A stretch of 64,000 bases of DNA from Psammoneis japonica (GCA_008632985.1 QPGO01000174.1:62001-126000); one strand, 5' to 3'; positions 36,529-50,009 are shown, numbered from the stretch's first letter. The notes: generated by a model not told the origin, from the sequence alone. A program made the numbers and translations.

Positions 36529-39500
36529 TGCAATGTGCATTGTCATGCACGTTACACACACACATTAATCGTGGGTTCGTGCGAAGGACAGATCAATCAC
36601 ACAGAGTTGATCGGTTGTCGAAAAATGCAAACACGATCGTACGATGATGTTGACATCTCATGTGTCAACATCAATCGCATCCGGACAATCTGTTGTCACG
36701 ATCTTATTCTCCGAAAGGCCTCTTGTCTGCAGGGACAGCACAAATGCTTTAGGCCATTGAGAACTTGTTCGGAGAAACCCAAAATGATTGCACAGAAATA
36801 ATTCTCACAATTTTCACTTTTCATGCTTGATTCTGCTTTTGTTTGTGCTCGTTCTGCGAGCACAGTGCATTGTGCATGCACACCACAGAAGGCAACAAGT
36901 CGAAAAATGAAGCTTTCACCTCAAGTTGCCAACGCCAAGACTTCGCCAAGGCAAGAGAAAATCGTTCCATAGCCGTTGGAATCGAATTCCGAGCCAAAGA
37001 CGCTCAAACCGAGTCAGTGTCTCAAGATGGAGCAGTGTTTTCATCCCAAGAAGAAGGACAGTCGCACCTGCACGGTCAATGTCGAGTGCAACAAGAAGCA
37101 GGGCGTTCCCAAGCACATCGAATTTTTAAAGAGCTGCGATCAACTTCTGGTGGGCCAGAACATCAAGAAGCAGTCTGATGAGTTCCGTCTCACGTGCATG
37201 TTGTTACAAGGAGACGCTCTGCGTGCTTTCGAAAATGGGGCGACGAATGTTGAAAACGAATCTGCCAAAGGAAGCTTCGAGAAATGCCTGCAACACCTCA
37301 CTCAGCATGTGTTTCCCAAGAACGCACTTCAGATTCAGAAATGTTACTTGCGCTGCAATCTCAAGAACCAGAGTCCATGAAAGTGTGCGAAATCGCTGCT
37401 TGGGTCCAAGAAGTCAACGAAGACCTCAAGTTCCATCCTCCCTTTGAAGAGGATCAGAAGATGGAGGAGGACAAACTCAAGGATGTCCTCTTCAATCTTG
37501 CACCTCGAAAGTGTCAGTGTCAGTCGACCATCCAAGGTTTCGAATTTTTGAAACATGCTTGCGACGAGTTGGTTGAGTTTCTGGAGCGCCCAGAGGTCGC
37601 TGAGGACACATTCGATGGCATTCATGCCAAGGCTGATGCCAGTGGCAGTGCTGGATCGAAAGCCAAGAATGACTCCAAACGTGGTTCCAAAAATGGTCAC
37701 CAACATGGCACCGAAAAATCCCAGTCCAACAAGTGGTGCATTCCATGCAAAAAATCCACTCACAATGCGGACAGATGCTGGTCGATCAAGAAACTGGCAA
37801 AAGAACGTCGTGGAAACACTGAACGTGATCCAAAACAATGCCGTTCAAATGGCAACTGCACATGGTCGCATCGTGACAATGACAACGCCGCTCGCAAAGA
37901 AGAGTTGAACACCATGGCAGTCCAGGCAGTTCAGAAAACACTCAAGGCGAGTTCTTCGAACAAAGACAGAAAGCGCAAGAGCAATGATTCTGATTCTGAC
38001 ACCCTTGACGAGGAAAATTGTCAGTTTGAAAAATTGACGCACAGTGATTCTGAGGAATGACTCGCACCGCAAGAGGAGTCTTGCGCGTTGCTGGACATTG
38101 GGAAGCCTGGAAAAAGGGCCAAAATGACCCATGCTAGTCCAGTGGTCGTCGCTTGCATGAATGCCTCATTGGGCAAAGCGAAAAATGAGCCTCTGTGCGT
38201 TCTCCTCGACAGCAGAACATTGTCAACCACAATTTTGCGCAAATTCACGCGGAAACTCAGAACAAAAACATCCGCCACCAAAATCTGGGAAACCAAAGGA
38301 GGGCACTTTATGACTGACAGTCAGTGCAAAATCCAATTCTCCTCACCCAAATTTGACAAACATGAGATGATTGAAACAACGGCACACATGTTGACAAGAC
38401 CCCTTCTTCTTCGAGTCATCACGACATGATCATGGGACGCGACTTGATGTCAAGTCTTGGGGTGGCATTAGACTTCTCAAATGAAGAGATCAAATGGGAG
38501 GACGCAACTGTGCCTGTGAAGAATGTTGATGCACTCTTCGATGCCGCCGATGTTTTCAAGTTGATTGCCGATCACATTGAGGAATCTCATGCCGTGATTG
38601 GTCTTGATGACAGGGTCAATCGGATCCTTGACTCAGATTGTCACGCTGCTGACCTTGATGACGTTACAGCAGCAGCAACTCATCTAACTCCAGAAGAGCA
38701 GAAGCAGTTGAACTTCCTCTTAAAGAGGTTTGAAAACCTTTTTGATGGTTCTCCAGGCAAATGGACCGGGAAGCCAGTGGATTTAAAGTTGAAATCGGGT
38801 GCGAGGCCGCATCACGCCAAACCATTTCCCATGCCACAAGCCTTGGAGGTGACTGCTCGAAAGGAGGTTGAAAGACCATGCAAATTAAAAGTCTCAAGAA
38901 AAATGAATTGCTCTGAATGGGCAGCTCCAACCTTTGTCCAACCCAAGAAAAATGGTCGAGTTTGGTTTTCACCTGACTTTCGTGAGCTGAATGAGAGGTT
39001 GACACGCACACCGTTTTCTCTGCCCAATGTTCAGGATGTGCTGCAGAAACTCGAAGGTTTCATGCATGCGACATCCCTTGATTTAAATTTGGGATGCTGT
39101 CATGTCAAATTGATGCCGCACGCACGTCGTTTGTGCATGATTGTCATGTCTTGGGGCAAATGTGAGTGCTGCAGACTCCCTGCGAGAATCTGTGGAGCTC
39201 CAGACATTTTTCAAGAGCACGTGAGTGAGCTCATGGCAGGTCTGGAGTTTGTCAGAACTTGTGTTGACGATGTGTTGCGCCTTGCAAAAGGTGACTTTCA
39301 AGACCACCTCAAGAAGCTTGAGATGGTGTTTTTGCGCCTTGAACAAGCCAGATTGAAAGTCAATGCTGAAAAGTCTTTTTTTGCTAAACCCAAAGTGGAC
39401 CATCTGGGCTTTCACATCACCCGCAATGGCATCAGTCCCATGCCAAAAAAAATGGAAGCAATTCACGCGATTGCAACACCTGAAACTCGCAAGGAATTGC

Positions 39501-41670
39501 AGCGCTTTGTCAGTGTGATCAACCACTGTTGAGACATGTGGCCTCAACGATCTCATGTTCTAGCTCCCTTGGCCAAACTCACCTCAACCCAAGTGAAGTG
39601 GCAATGGACCAAAACAGAACAAAAAGCCTTCAAAAATGTGAAGCGCATCATCTCTAAAGATGTGCTGTTGTCATGTCCGAATTTCAACACACCCTTTGAG
39701 ACATGTGCCGATGCGAGCAAGTGTCAATTGGGGGCGGTTGTCACGCAGAACAACCGACCAATTGCCTTCTGCAGCCGCAAGCTGAATGGAGTGCAGACGC
39801 ATCACACTGCAACAGAAAAAGAGCTGTTGTCCACAGTGGAGATGTCAAAAGAGTTCTGAAACATGCTGTTTGGCCAACAGACAAACATGCACACAGATCA
39901 CAAAAATCTCACACACAAAAACTTCACAACGGACAGAGTCACGTGCTAGCGTCTAACAACAGAAGAGCACAATCCTGAAATGATGTGTCTCAAGGGCAAG
40001 GCGAATGTTGTCGCAGATGCGATCAGCCAACTTGCTGTGAAAAAAATGGAACCTGTGGAAAACTTCAGCACAGAAGAGTTGGCTGAAAAAATCCCACCAA
40101 AATCCTGCGACAATGTCTTTCTCTTAAATTGCAAAGTTCTCAACACTGAACAAAAACAGGACAAAGACATTCTCTCCAAATTGTCCAACAAGACCTTTCA
40201 TGCAAAGACTTTTCGTGGAGGCGAGTGAGACCGGTTGCTCACATGTCACAAGGGTAAAATCATCGTTCCAAAGACGTTGCAAAAGGCGGTGATGGACTGG
40301 CATCATGCATGCCTTCTTCACCCTGGCACAAATCGAACAGAAGAAAAAATCTCACAACACTTGTGGTGGTCCACCTTGCGTGAAGACATGCAAAAACACG
40401 TGTCGAAATGTGAGACGTGCCAGAAATTCAAAAAGAAACACAAAAAATGTGGACATTTGCCTCCCAAGTGCGCAGAATCAGTGCCATGGGAACGACTGTG
40501 TGTGGATCTTGTTGGACCATGCAAAATGCATCGTAAAGGGGAGAAGGAACCCCCAGTCCTGAAGTGTTTGACAATGACTGATCCGGCAACCGGGTGGTTT
40601 GAAGTTGTGGAAATTCCAAATGAGGAGTCCACAACTGCAGCTGGACTGTTGGAACGAACATGGTCAAGCAGACATCTTTGGCCATTGTCAGTTGCTTGTG
40701 ACAATGGAAGTGAGTTCATCGGACACCAATTTAAAGACATGGTGCAAGAGGATTGTGGCATCAAAGTCAAGCCTGCAACTGCATGAAATCCACAAGCAAA
40801 CGCAATCATTGAATGCGTGCATCAAGTGCTCGGAAATGTGATCCGCACACTTGATTTGCAACACACACCTCTGGACACTGAGGATCCTTTCACTGGAATG
40901 TTGTCAGCAGCGGCATTTGCAGCACATTTTGCGCATCATGCTGCCACGCAAGCTGCACCTGGACAATCAGTCTTTGACAGAGACATGACATTTGACGTCC
41001 AACATGTCGCAGACAGGAAATCAACTCAGCAGCGAAAACAAGAAATCATAAAAAAAATGACGCTCAAGAGAATGCTCGGAGTGCTCCTCACACGTGCAGA
41101 GTGGGAGAGAAGATGCTGCTCGAAAAAGACTCACAGAAATTAGAACAGCCCCATGTTGGACCGCATGTGACAACAACGGTGCACACTGATGGCACAGCAC
41201 AGATCAAACGCAGTGACGTCATTGACGCTGTCAATGTCCGTCGGATGATGCCGTTTAACGACTGACTCTAATGTGCAATTGGGGAGGCGAATGCAACATG
41301 CGTTGTCATGTGCGTCACACATGTGTGCATGTGTGTGTTAAATGAGTTTACATTTCAATCGCACGTCAATCGTGGGTTCGTACGAAGGACAGATCAATCA
41401 CACAGAGTTGATCGGATGTCGAAAAATGCAAATACAATCGTGCGATGATGTTGACATCTCATGTGTCAATGTCAATCGTATCCGGACAATCTGTTGTCAC
41501 GATCTTATTCTCCGAAAGGCCTCTTGTCTGCAGGGACAGCACAAATGCTTTAGGCCATTGAGAACTCGTTCGGAGAAACCCAAAATGATTGCACAGAAAC
41601 AATTCTCATGATTTTCACTTTTCATGCTTGATTCTACTTTCGTTTGTGCTCGTTCTTCGAGCACAGTGCA
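36529..41670 (+). mobile_element. Gypsy LTR retrotransposon C, near full length, inactivated
   Basis: LTRs at 36529-36869 and 41292-41670, TSD TGTC, PPT ggggaggcgaa. Gag with CxxC-x4-H-x4-C knuckle (WCIPCKKSTHNADRC), protease LLDS, RT RTCVDD, RNase H ADASKCQLG...TEKELL, integrase VDLVGP and DNGSEF. Confidence 0.97.
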
Positions 41671-43403
41671 TGTCCTCACAATGCCTCCAGATTGTGGTGG
41701 CACTCATGATGAGAGAGCCATGGATGATCAATGAATGTTTGGCCAATGTTCAATGTGAACCAACAAACCATGGCCTGCAGCCAGCCACTGTCAATGTGTG
41801 GCTTTTAGAGAACAGCAGCAGTGGTGTCAGTGGCAGCAGTGGCAAAGAAGATCAATCTGTGGCACAACAGCAACAGTGGTGACCTCCAAATGCAGAGTGT
41901 TCTTGCATGGTTGTTCCTCTCCCCAGAGCCCTTTCAGGCATTCTTTCCTGCCAAATTGACCTCATTTCCCAAAATTTCCCCAAAAGAGCAAGGCAGCTCC
42001 CCCTTGCTTTGGCCATTTTGGGGAATCCCCAAATGGGTGAAACCAAGTGTTTCCCTCCCAAACAACACATCCCTTTCTTTGTTGTTTTGTGGCACAATTT
42101 TTGGACAGTCCACTCAACAACTTCCAGCATTTTCTCAAGAATGATGTGGAGCACAGGCAAGGTTTTCAAAACCTTGGGCTGGCAGTGCAAACCATTTTCT
42201 TTTGCCAAGCTTCTTCCCTGTCAAGCACTGCACTTCCAGCTGGCTTGCTCTCTTGTTCAACACTTTCAGCATCTTTTCCAAGCAGGTGGCTGGGCAGGAT
42301 CCACCTTTGCAGTGCTTCTCTGGCACAGAGTTGCATGGGAAAGTCACCACAGTCATCCAAATGTCTCCATGGAGCCAATGCCAAGAGCAAGGAAAATGTT
42401 GGCATCTGCCATGGCAAACAAATGTGGGCCCAAGAAATCAAGAAAGGACACAGCCAGAAGTTGGGGCCAAAGACAACTGGGCATCTGCAAGGGCTCCTTG
42501 GAGGTCAGAAAAGTTGGGCGCCAAAGGATTGCCAACAATCTTGTTGTGCACAAAGTCATGAAGCCCTTGAGATTGGCTGGGCTCTTCTGTGGTCCCTTCA
42601 TCCTGAGCCCGCTCTTGTCTTTGAATGCTTTGGTTGAGCTGCTGCTGACGTTGTCTGGCTTCAGCACTGCTGTGGTTGGGCTGGGTGGTTGCCCATCACT
42701 GTTCTCTCCCACAGCTGCAGTGGCTCCAAACAATTGTGTTGGAACAACTGACTCTGTCTCTGGGGTTTGGACACACAAAATCACAAATCGTGGTGGGTGT
42801 GAAAGTTGACGATCACTCTCCAGAGTGGCTGAGCCAACCCCACTCAGTTTTTTTGGCTTCTTCTTTCTGTCATTCTGTTGTTTTGCCTGTCATCAAAAAC
42901 CTTCTTGCTCTCATTCTTTGCATTTTTATTCCCAATTGCAGCTCCACTTGTTGCGCCATCTTCAGCACCGTTTCCACTCATGTCTGTTTGATCTGATCAT
43001 TGGGTCATGAGTTCTTCATTTGATCAGCCACCTGCCATTGCTGTTTTCTCACCGTCTGGGTGTGTGTGCTCTTCGTGCTCCAACTGCATCTCTCACAATG
43101 CCGCTTGACGAGTTCTGTGAGTGGCCTTGCCAGTTGTCGGCTCGGTGAAGAATGGCACCAACAACACTGAGAGCACCCGAAAAGCCAACGACACCGCTTT
43201 GAAAGCCAACAGCTCTGCTTCCCCTCTGCAGATGAATGTCCAACTCTTCGAGTGACTAGAGGCAACTCCAAACCGCGGAGAGGACGTACATCTACACATT
43301 AAAGACTCTCGAATGTCTTTTTAACGAATCCGGAAGCGGCAACAAAGTTTCCTGCTATTAACAATTCCAGGTCCACTATCAACGCCTCTGCTGGCTCTGA
43401 CGT

Positions 43404-44420
43404 TTATGGGCATAACTCGGTATCAAACACGAAAGGGTAATCAACTGGCGGGTTCAGCGTTTCCCTCCTTTTGGTATAACTTCTTTGTAATAACATTCTG
43501 GCTGTTCTACGAAGACGACGACGTCGATGGGCGGATATACCACTGGCAAAAGTTTGTCGATCTTGAAAGAATGTTCCATAGTGACCAAATTCTTGGGGAC
43601 TCATACGGTCATAGTTTGACACAGGGAAGCCACCTTCACAAAGGCAAAAAATTTCATTAACCGCATCTTGATAGACGGGCGAATCGTCTTTGGTTCCGTA
43701 GTTGTTATATTGCATCATACGGGGAATGGGACTGTTTTCCACATCGTATGCATCATCCATTCTCCGTAACGCACGTATTCCCGCCTTGGATATCCCATAC
43801 GCATGTGCACATCGGCCACAATATAAATCTGGCTTCTTGTTGTTGTTGTTGTCGTTGTCCGATGGCTGTGTCAATACCTGGCGTGGACCACAAACACCTA
43901 AATAGCTAAAGTATGGATGTTGAAGTTCCAGATCATCCACCAAATCTTTCTTGACATTAAACAAGGTGGACCAATGTTCTTCTTGTTGTTGTTTATCACC
44001 ACCGACTAACATGATATCATCTTCAAAGAGGTATCCCCAATCGCGTACGGGGTCGGCCAAGATACGGTCGAAGGCAATGTGTTGGGCCTGCTTATTCGAT
44101 AAGACTTTTATATGTTCTTCGGTGCCCAAACGGGGTGGGTCCACAACGTTGACAATAAATCCAAGACTTTCCAGTATCCGTTTCGTTCGCGCCGCTCGGG
44201 GAGAGGTAATGTTCATGGAAATCAAATAAGCAATACGAGTGTCGCGATCCACGGTTCTTTCTCCAGCCGTGCCATTCGTCAGCATGGATTGTAAGCGAAA
44301 GGCACCTTCATATGCCAAAACCACCGCCACCCAGAAGAAACGTCGCACCCGCACCGATGTCCCCACCCTAGCCGTTTTACGATTATTCTCCTGCCGGTCG
44401 GGCATCGTCGTCGTTGTCAT
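43404..44420 (-). CDS. Glycosyltransferase family 25-like type II membrane protein
   Basis: Intact ORF (first ATG at 44420) with normal TpA. TM segment FFWVAVVLAY. Motifs AYLISMN...R, YLFEDD, YLGVC, AHAYGISKAG, QDRQTFASGI. Confidence 0.75.
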   Translation of the reverse strand: MTTTTMPDRQENNRKTARVGTSVRVRRFFWVAVVLAYEGAFRLQSMLTNGTAGERTVDRDTRIAYLISMNITSPRAARTKRILESLGFIVNVVDPPRLGTEEHIKVLSNKQAQHIAFDRILADPVRDWGYLFEDDIMLVGGDKQQQEEHWSTLFNVKKDLVDDLELQHPYFSYLGVCGPRQVLTQPSDNDNNNNKKPDLYCGRCAHAYGISKAGIRALRRMDDAYDVENSPIPRMMQYNNYGTKDDSPVYQDAVNEIFCLCEGGFPVSNYDRMSPQEFGHYGTFFQDRQTFASGISAHRRRRLRRTARMLLQRSYTKRRETLNPPVDYPFVFDTELCP

Positions 44421-44639
44421 AGCGCTGTGGTTCAAGCTCCCTTGGTCCGATGATCGATGATGGCTGCCGCGGTCCCGCTGGGCCGCTCATGCTTATCATT
44501 TACATATATACTTCTGCGTTACTTCTACATTAAAAATACTGTACAGTAGCGGTTACCGGGCCTGCATCATGATGTTGATCCTACAAAAATGTATGCAGCA
44601 TTAAAATTCCAAAAAATTCACAGCATACGGACTTGAGGA

Positions 44640-45330
44640 AGCATTAATTTAGAGATTTTGATGGCCATTTTGACTGCCACAATGACTGACCGCCACAATG
44701 ACTGTGACTGCCGCAAAAATGACTGATGCTTTGACTCGCGCGGTTTTTTTGTGCGGAGCCACGCACGCACACCAACAAAAAGACAACCAACATGGCACGT
44801 AGCCGTTCGGAGTCATTACGACCGACAGCACCCCGATGCCATGCGGAGTGATTGGCAATACGGCAAGGCACATTGTGATGGCTCAGATTAGTTTGTTGTT
44901 GTTTTGCAATCTTGTTTTGACTTCGTGACTCACCAGCTGTTTTGCATCGGCATTTTTTGCATTGTGTCATGTGCGACAGACCCACACCAACAGAATTTGT
45001 GTTGTTGTTTTCGTCGTCTGCAGGACAGAATCTGGTGGAATTTCAAAAAAAATGGGTCAGCATGCACCACAATGCTGTTTTTCTGTTGTGTGTCAGATTG
45101 TCCTTTTTTCGCGTTTCATGTTCCCTCAGCTGGCCCTTGCTTTTTGCGCCGCTGTTTCTTGCTTTTCACAAAGATGACAGAAAGGCACCTCGCCATTCCA
45201 AGTCATTGCAGTCAACTGCACCCCAACACCATGTGGGTGATTGTCAACATGTTTTTAAAAATTGTCTCGCGGGTGCAGACAAAGTTGAGGCAATTGCAGA
45301 ACAAAGAGGCAAAGGCGCGGCAATTTGATT
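44640..45330. repeat. Dispersed repeat related to 33600-33930, with short subterminal-like repeats (gccacaatgactg twice)
   Basis: Shared block cagaatYWgtgttgttgttttc...gaatctggtggaat...tcagattgtcc. Less mutated at the gene-proximal end. Confidence 0.6.
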
Positions 45331-45899
45331 TTTCAGGATTTTCTGCAGTGCAAGAAACGTGCCACGTGCCTCATCAACAAAAGGTGGTGACATGAATGTG
45401 GTGTCTTGTTGCAATGTTTGCCACATCAGCAACATGCCAGAGTCTTTCATCCTTGCAGACATTTGGCTTGTCAAGTTTGTGAGCACACCCAGCCATGAAA
45501 GTCCCCACGAGCAACCTCCCCTTGACAGCAAAACATTGTGCCAATGCCAAGCTCTGTTTTGAGAGTTCATCCAGGGGATTTTCTTCACATGTCCATGTTC
45601 ACAACAGCGCAGCTGATTGATGTGTTGAGCAGCCACTGCAAAGTCATCCTCTGGCAGCATCTGAAAAGTGCCGTCATCGTCGCTGGCATCAAACGGCAAT
45701 TTGTTGTGCAAACTGCAATCAATTGCATGGCTCTCATCTGTCAAACATTGTGCTGCTCTGCACAACTTCTGCACACACCTCAAGGGGTGTCATTTGCTTG
45801 CACTTTTCCTGAGCAAATCATGCTGCAGTTGCTGAGAAATCGACAAGATGCAACAGAAAAGTGTTGTTGTGGCAATCAACAGGATTCTAAAAACTGTGA

Positions 45900-46850
45900 G
45901 GGTTGCTCTGCACCACCAGCCATTTGGGTGACAGTGGTGGTCTTTGCCAACCAGCTCTGATGCTCATTTTGATGACAGCCTGGCTGGAATTGCTCAGTCC
46001 CCTCAAGCTGACATTAGCCCCATCCGGGTCAGTTCAACACAACCTGCACCTTCCACATCACTGCCCTGTTCTGACTTCCTGCCAATGTTTGGGATGGGCA
46101 AAACCCTTCCATTTTGCAGGAGAAAATCCTGGCTCATCCATTTTGGACTGGCCTGTTCACTGTTCACCACAGCATGTGGCAAACCAACTCCCGGAGCTTT
46201 GGTCCAGGCATGACCTTTGTCAACGTGTCCACTGAATTCATGCGTCCATCTTCCCAAGCAATCTGCACAACACCTGCGGCTTGTGCCTCAAACATCCGGT
46301 GACAAGTGGTGGCATTGTGCTTCTTCTTTTTCAAGCATTGACTCCAACTGTGTTGAGTTCTTGAACACAGCCTTGTTGTCACAGAAGACATTGGTTGGTT
46401 GTCTTTTAACCAGGATTTTGAGCATCTGAAGCTCACAATGCAAGGCTTCAATCTGCTTGGCTGCAGCCTTCATTGCAACAAATTCTGACCCAAAGGTTGA
46501 AGACTGTGCTGCGGCATTCTGCCATTTAGAGTGCCACAAGATTGGCGCCCATTGCACAAAGATGATGATCCCAGTGTGAGGTCTTTGTGTCACACAACAA
46601 CCAGCATGATCTGTGTCAACAAAACATGTGGCAGTGACGCTGTTGCCCCGTGCCTTGGGGACATCCCTTGGGACAGCTTCAGCTGCCCTGGGGTGGCATT
46701 CTGTCCAGCCACACTTCTGGAAGCATGGTTGGTTGAATGTTGGCTCAGTGTTGTTGAACACCATTGCTGACCCAGCGTGCACCTTCAGATGTGCAAACAT
46801 GTGAAGCACTTCATCCAAGTGCCCAACTCTTGGGAAGCTCTGCTCTGAAC
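45900..46850 (-). mobile_element. Degenerate Copia RNase H fragment and 3' region (inverted homologue of 3789-4630)
   Basis: ORF 46288-46977 has FVDTDHAG, HTGIIIFVQWAPILWHSKWQN, STFGSEFVAMK and VFCDNKAV. Confidence 0.85.
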
Positions 46851-48848
46851 TTTTGTGCGCATGTTCCAAGCAATGCAACAATGGCAAAACCTCACTCTGT
46901 TGTGTCCTTCTCAACAACAAGGCATCAGCAGCTTGACAAATTGTCCAAAACACAAGATGTGTGCTGAGACATGTCAAAAGGTGTTGATTTGTTGAGCTGC
47001 CAAAATGAGTTGAAGAGGAAATGACAAATTTGCGGCAATGTGTTTGAAGCCTTCATCAACTCATCAAACAATGCGGCTGCACAAGATTGATGGAAGGCAG
47101 ACAAATGTGGGACCTGAGGCATTCTCTGGCTCACATGTGACTTGGCAACTCTCTGTCCTCATGTGAAGTGGGAACATGCTGTGGTGCACCATCATGAAAA
47201 ATGAGCTTTGCTGTGTGCACTCATTCAATGTGCACAGATTGAGTGAAAGCAAATTGACTTTTCGGTTGATGATCCCTGTGCTGGAGAAGGGTTCTCCTGA
47301 ACATGTCACCAAGAAGTGCACCGCCACTTCTGGGACAGCTGATGGAGGTGAAGATGAGAAGCAAGTGCTGAATTTTTGCCATTTGCTGTTTGCAACTGCA
47401 AAATGAGCTTTGTCAATGGAGTGTTGATCTTGATGAGTCATTTTGAAACATCACAAATCTCAAATCTCAAATTTGTTGAGTCAAGAGTGAAACAAAGCCA
47501 AGGCTCCCAAGGGGTTTGATGGCACACAGCTGGCAGCACAGATGTGGGCTGGCAGTTTTGAGAGCATGGCAGATCCTGTGCAGCAGCCTGCTGTTGGGTT
47601 GTTTGCATTTGCTGCTGGTGAGCCAACTTGCAAGATTGCATCAAAAGCTTTTAAAAGCAAGCTGTGCACCACTTGCCCCAGAAAGCAACTGGAGATTTGG
47701 CACAGAAGAACCTGAGTGCCACACATGTGCGCTGCCGCTGATGGCAGAGATCTTCCAAGCCCATGGAAGTCTCAAGAATGCAGTTGAAATGACAACAAAC
47801 CTTGGTCAAAAGAGAAAGCCAATGTGCAGATGCCAGTCATTGATGATGACTCTGCAACAGCAACCAGCCAACATCAAACCTCCCCTCAAGGCCAAGATTG
47901 TTGATCCGCTGGCTTCATTCACAAGAAAGGCTGGCTGAAGTGCCAAACACCAAAAACGGCACAATGAAAAAGAAGCTAAGCTGCAGCATGCTTCCATTGT
48001 TGTCCAAAGAGGCAGAGCATGCTGTGAAGGAAAAAACTCATCATTCTCAGCAAAAAAAGATCAGCGCTGCCTGCTGGTGTGACGACAGAGGGCGTTGATT
48101 GTTTCAAAGAAAGCTTTGGATGCTGGCACAAACAGAGCTCTCTTCTGAGAGTTTTGAAAATTCAAGCAAGCAGCACTGCTGTTGCAGACCACCATTTTCA
48201 CAACCACAGTGCATGCAACAAGTCATGCAGCCATTGAAAGGTGGGGCAAAACCTTTCAAAAGAAGAAGACAAGCAAAGCCATGGAAAAAACAGTGGAGAG
48301 AAGGGTGGGGAGAAGATGTGGAAGGCAACGAAGGCTCTTGCTTCTTGCCATTTCCAACAATTCAGTGACAAGATTGGAGCCAAAAACCAGGTGTTGCTCT
48401 GCCACAATTTTTGTGCAGTCTGAAGTCAACAGGGTGACGACGCTGTGCAGAGAGGACTTCTCAGCGAGCTTGCAGCTTGCACAGTTTGTGTGAGCTTCTT
48501 TCATGGACGACCAGCAAGCAACTGAAATGAAAAGAGCCCACAATGCAAGGAAGCCCATCACATTTGCAGAACAAACATCATGAGAAATGAAACAAGAAAA
48601 GCAAGAGAACAGGATTTCCAGCTAGAATTGGGAGCAGTGAATGACTGCCACTGTTTCAGAGATGGTGATGACCGTCGCCGAACTGCCGTTTGGAGGCACA
48701 ACGGTTGGATTTATTCACAAATGACTGCATGTCGAACTGTCCTACAGCATACATTGTACTTGCTGTAGATGCACTGACTTGTACGGGTTTGTCGCCGGTG
48801 ACTTTTCGTCGCAGCAACAATAACAGTGCTTCACTCCATCCAGTCACC

Positions 48849-50009
48849 ATGACGGCGTTCATCCACAAGAGCACGATTGTTTTTTCAGTTTCTCTCTTGC
48901 TTGCACTTCAGTTTTTTGGATTTCATCTAAAGTGCAATTTTCACAATCCGGGACAAGCGCTGTTCCTACGCCAAGCAGTTTCTACTTCCCAACAACAGTC
49001 ATGTCCCCCACAAGTTGAACCACATGTGAGGCACAAGCGAGTCTTGGTGACGGGCGGTGCGGGCTTTATTGGAAGTCATGTTGCTGAATTTCTGTTGGAA
49101 AGAGGCAACACTGTAATTGTTGTGGATGAAATGAATTCGTACTATAATGTGAGCATCAAAGAGGCGAATCTAGAAATCCTCAGAAGAAAAGCAAAAGACA
49201 ACAAAAAATTGAGTATCTACAAGGGCGATGTGGCAGACGAGATTTTCATGAAGGACGTGTTTGAAAAGGAAAGACCTGAATGGATCTGTCACATGGCAGC
49301 AAGAGCCGGGGTTCGACCCAGCATCGATGAACCGTTTGTATACATTCATTCCAACGTGGAGGGCACCGCGCGGCTGCTTGACTTGTCTCGTCAATACAAG
49401 GTCAAGAATTTTGTCTTTGCATCTTCGTCCTCTGTTTATGGCGAATCAAGTTCTAGAGTCTTTGATGAAGCAACGTCGGTAGATGATCGTCCCATTAGTC
49501 CGTATGCAGCAACAAAGAAGGCAACCGAATTGCTTTCATATACCTTTCATCATTTGTATGACTTGAATGTCACGGGCCTTCGATTCTTCACCGTGTACGG
49601 ACCCCGCGGTCGTCCTGACATGGCACCCTTTAAGTTTATCGACCGCATTAGTCGGGGACTGCAAATAGAGCAATACGGGCACGGCGATTCGATGCGGGAT
49701 TACACGTACATTTCCGACATTGTACAGGGCATTGTACGCGCCATTGATCGGCCGCAACCTACCTTTGAGGTTTTGAATCTGGGCAAGGGCGTGCCGAATT
49801 CGTTGCGAGACTTTATTCGAACGGTTGAAAACGCCATGGGCAAGCAAGCCAATATTGTCGTAAAGGAAGAACAACCCGGAGATGTGCCATACACCTGCTC
49901 TAACGTTACCAAGGCGTACTGTCTCCTTGGATACAACCCAACCGTGTCATTGAAACAGGGAATTCATCAAACCGTGGAGTGGTACAATGCAACCTATCAC
50001 AGCAATTAG
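48849..50009 (+). CDS. UDP-glucuronate 4-epimerase-like NAD-dependent epimerase (GAE family) with N-terminal membrane anchor, 386 aa
   Basis: TGGAGFIG, HMAARAGVRPS, FASSSSVYG, catalytic YAATKK, RFFTVYGPRGRPDMA, RDYTYISDIV, QPGDV. First plausible ATG at 48849; the ORF track starts upstream at a TTG. Confidence 0.93.
   Translation: MTAFIHKSTIVFSVSLLLALQFFGFHLKCNFHNPGQALFLRQAVSTSQQQSCPPQVEPHVRHKRVLVTGGAGFIGSHVAEFLLERGNTVIVVDEMNSYYNVSIKEANLEILRRKAKDNKKLSIYKGDVADEIFMKDVFEKERPEWICHMAARAGVRPSIDEPFVYIHSNVEGTARLLDLSRQYKVKNFVFASSSSVYGESSSRVFDEATSVDDRPISPYAATKKATELLSYTFHHLYDLNVTGLRFFTVYGPRGRPDMAPFKFIDRISRGLQIEQYGHGDSMRDYTYISDIVQGIVRAIDRPQPTFEVLNLGKGVPNSLRDFIRTVENAMGKQANIVVKEEQPGDVPYTCSNVTKAYCLLGYNPTVSLKQGIHQTVEWYNATYHSN

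Noticed and set aside
48690..48848. N-terminal extension of the epimerase ORF
   Set aside because: It starts at TTG; the ATG at 48849 directly precedes the membrane anchor and is the more plausible eukaryotic start.
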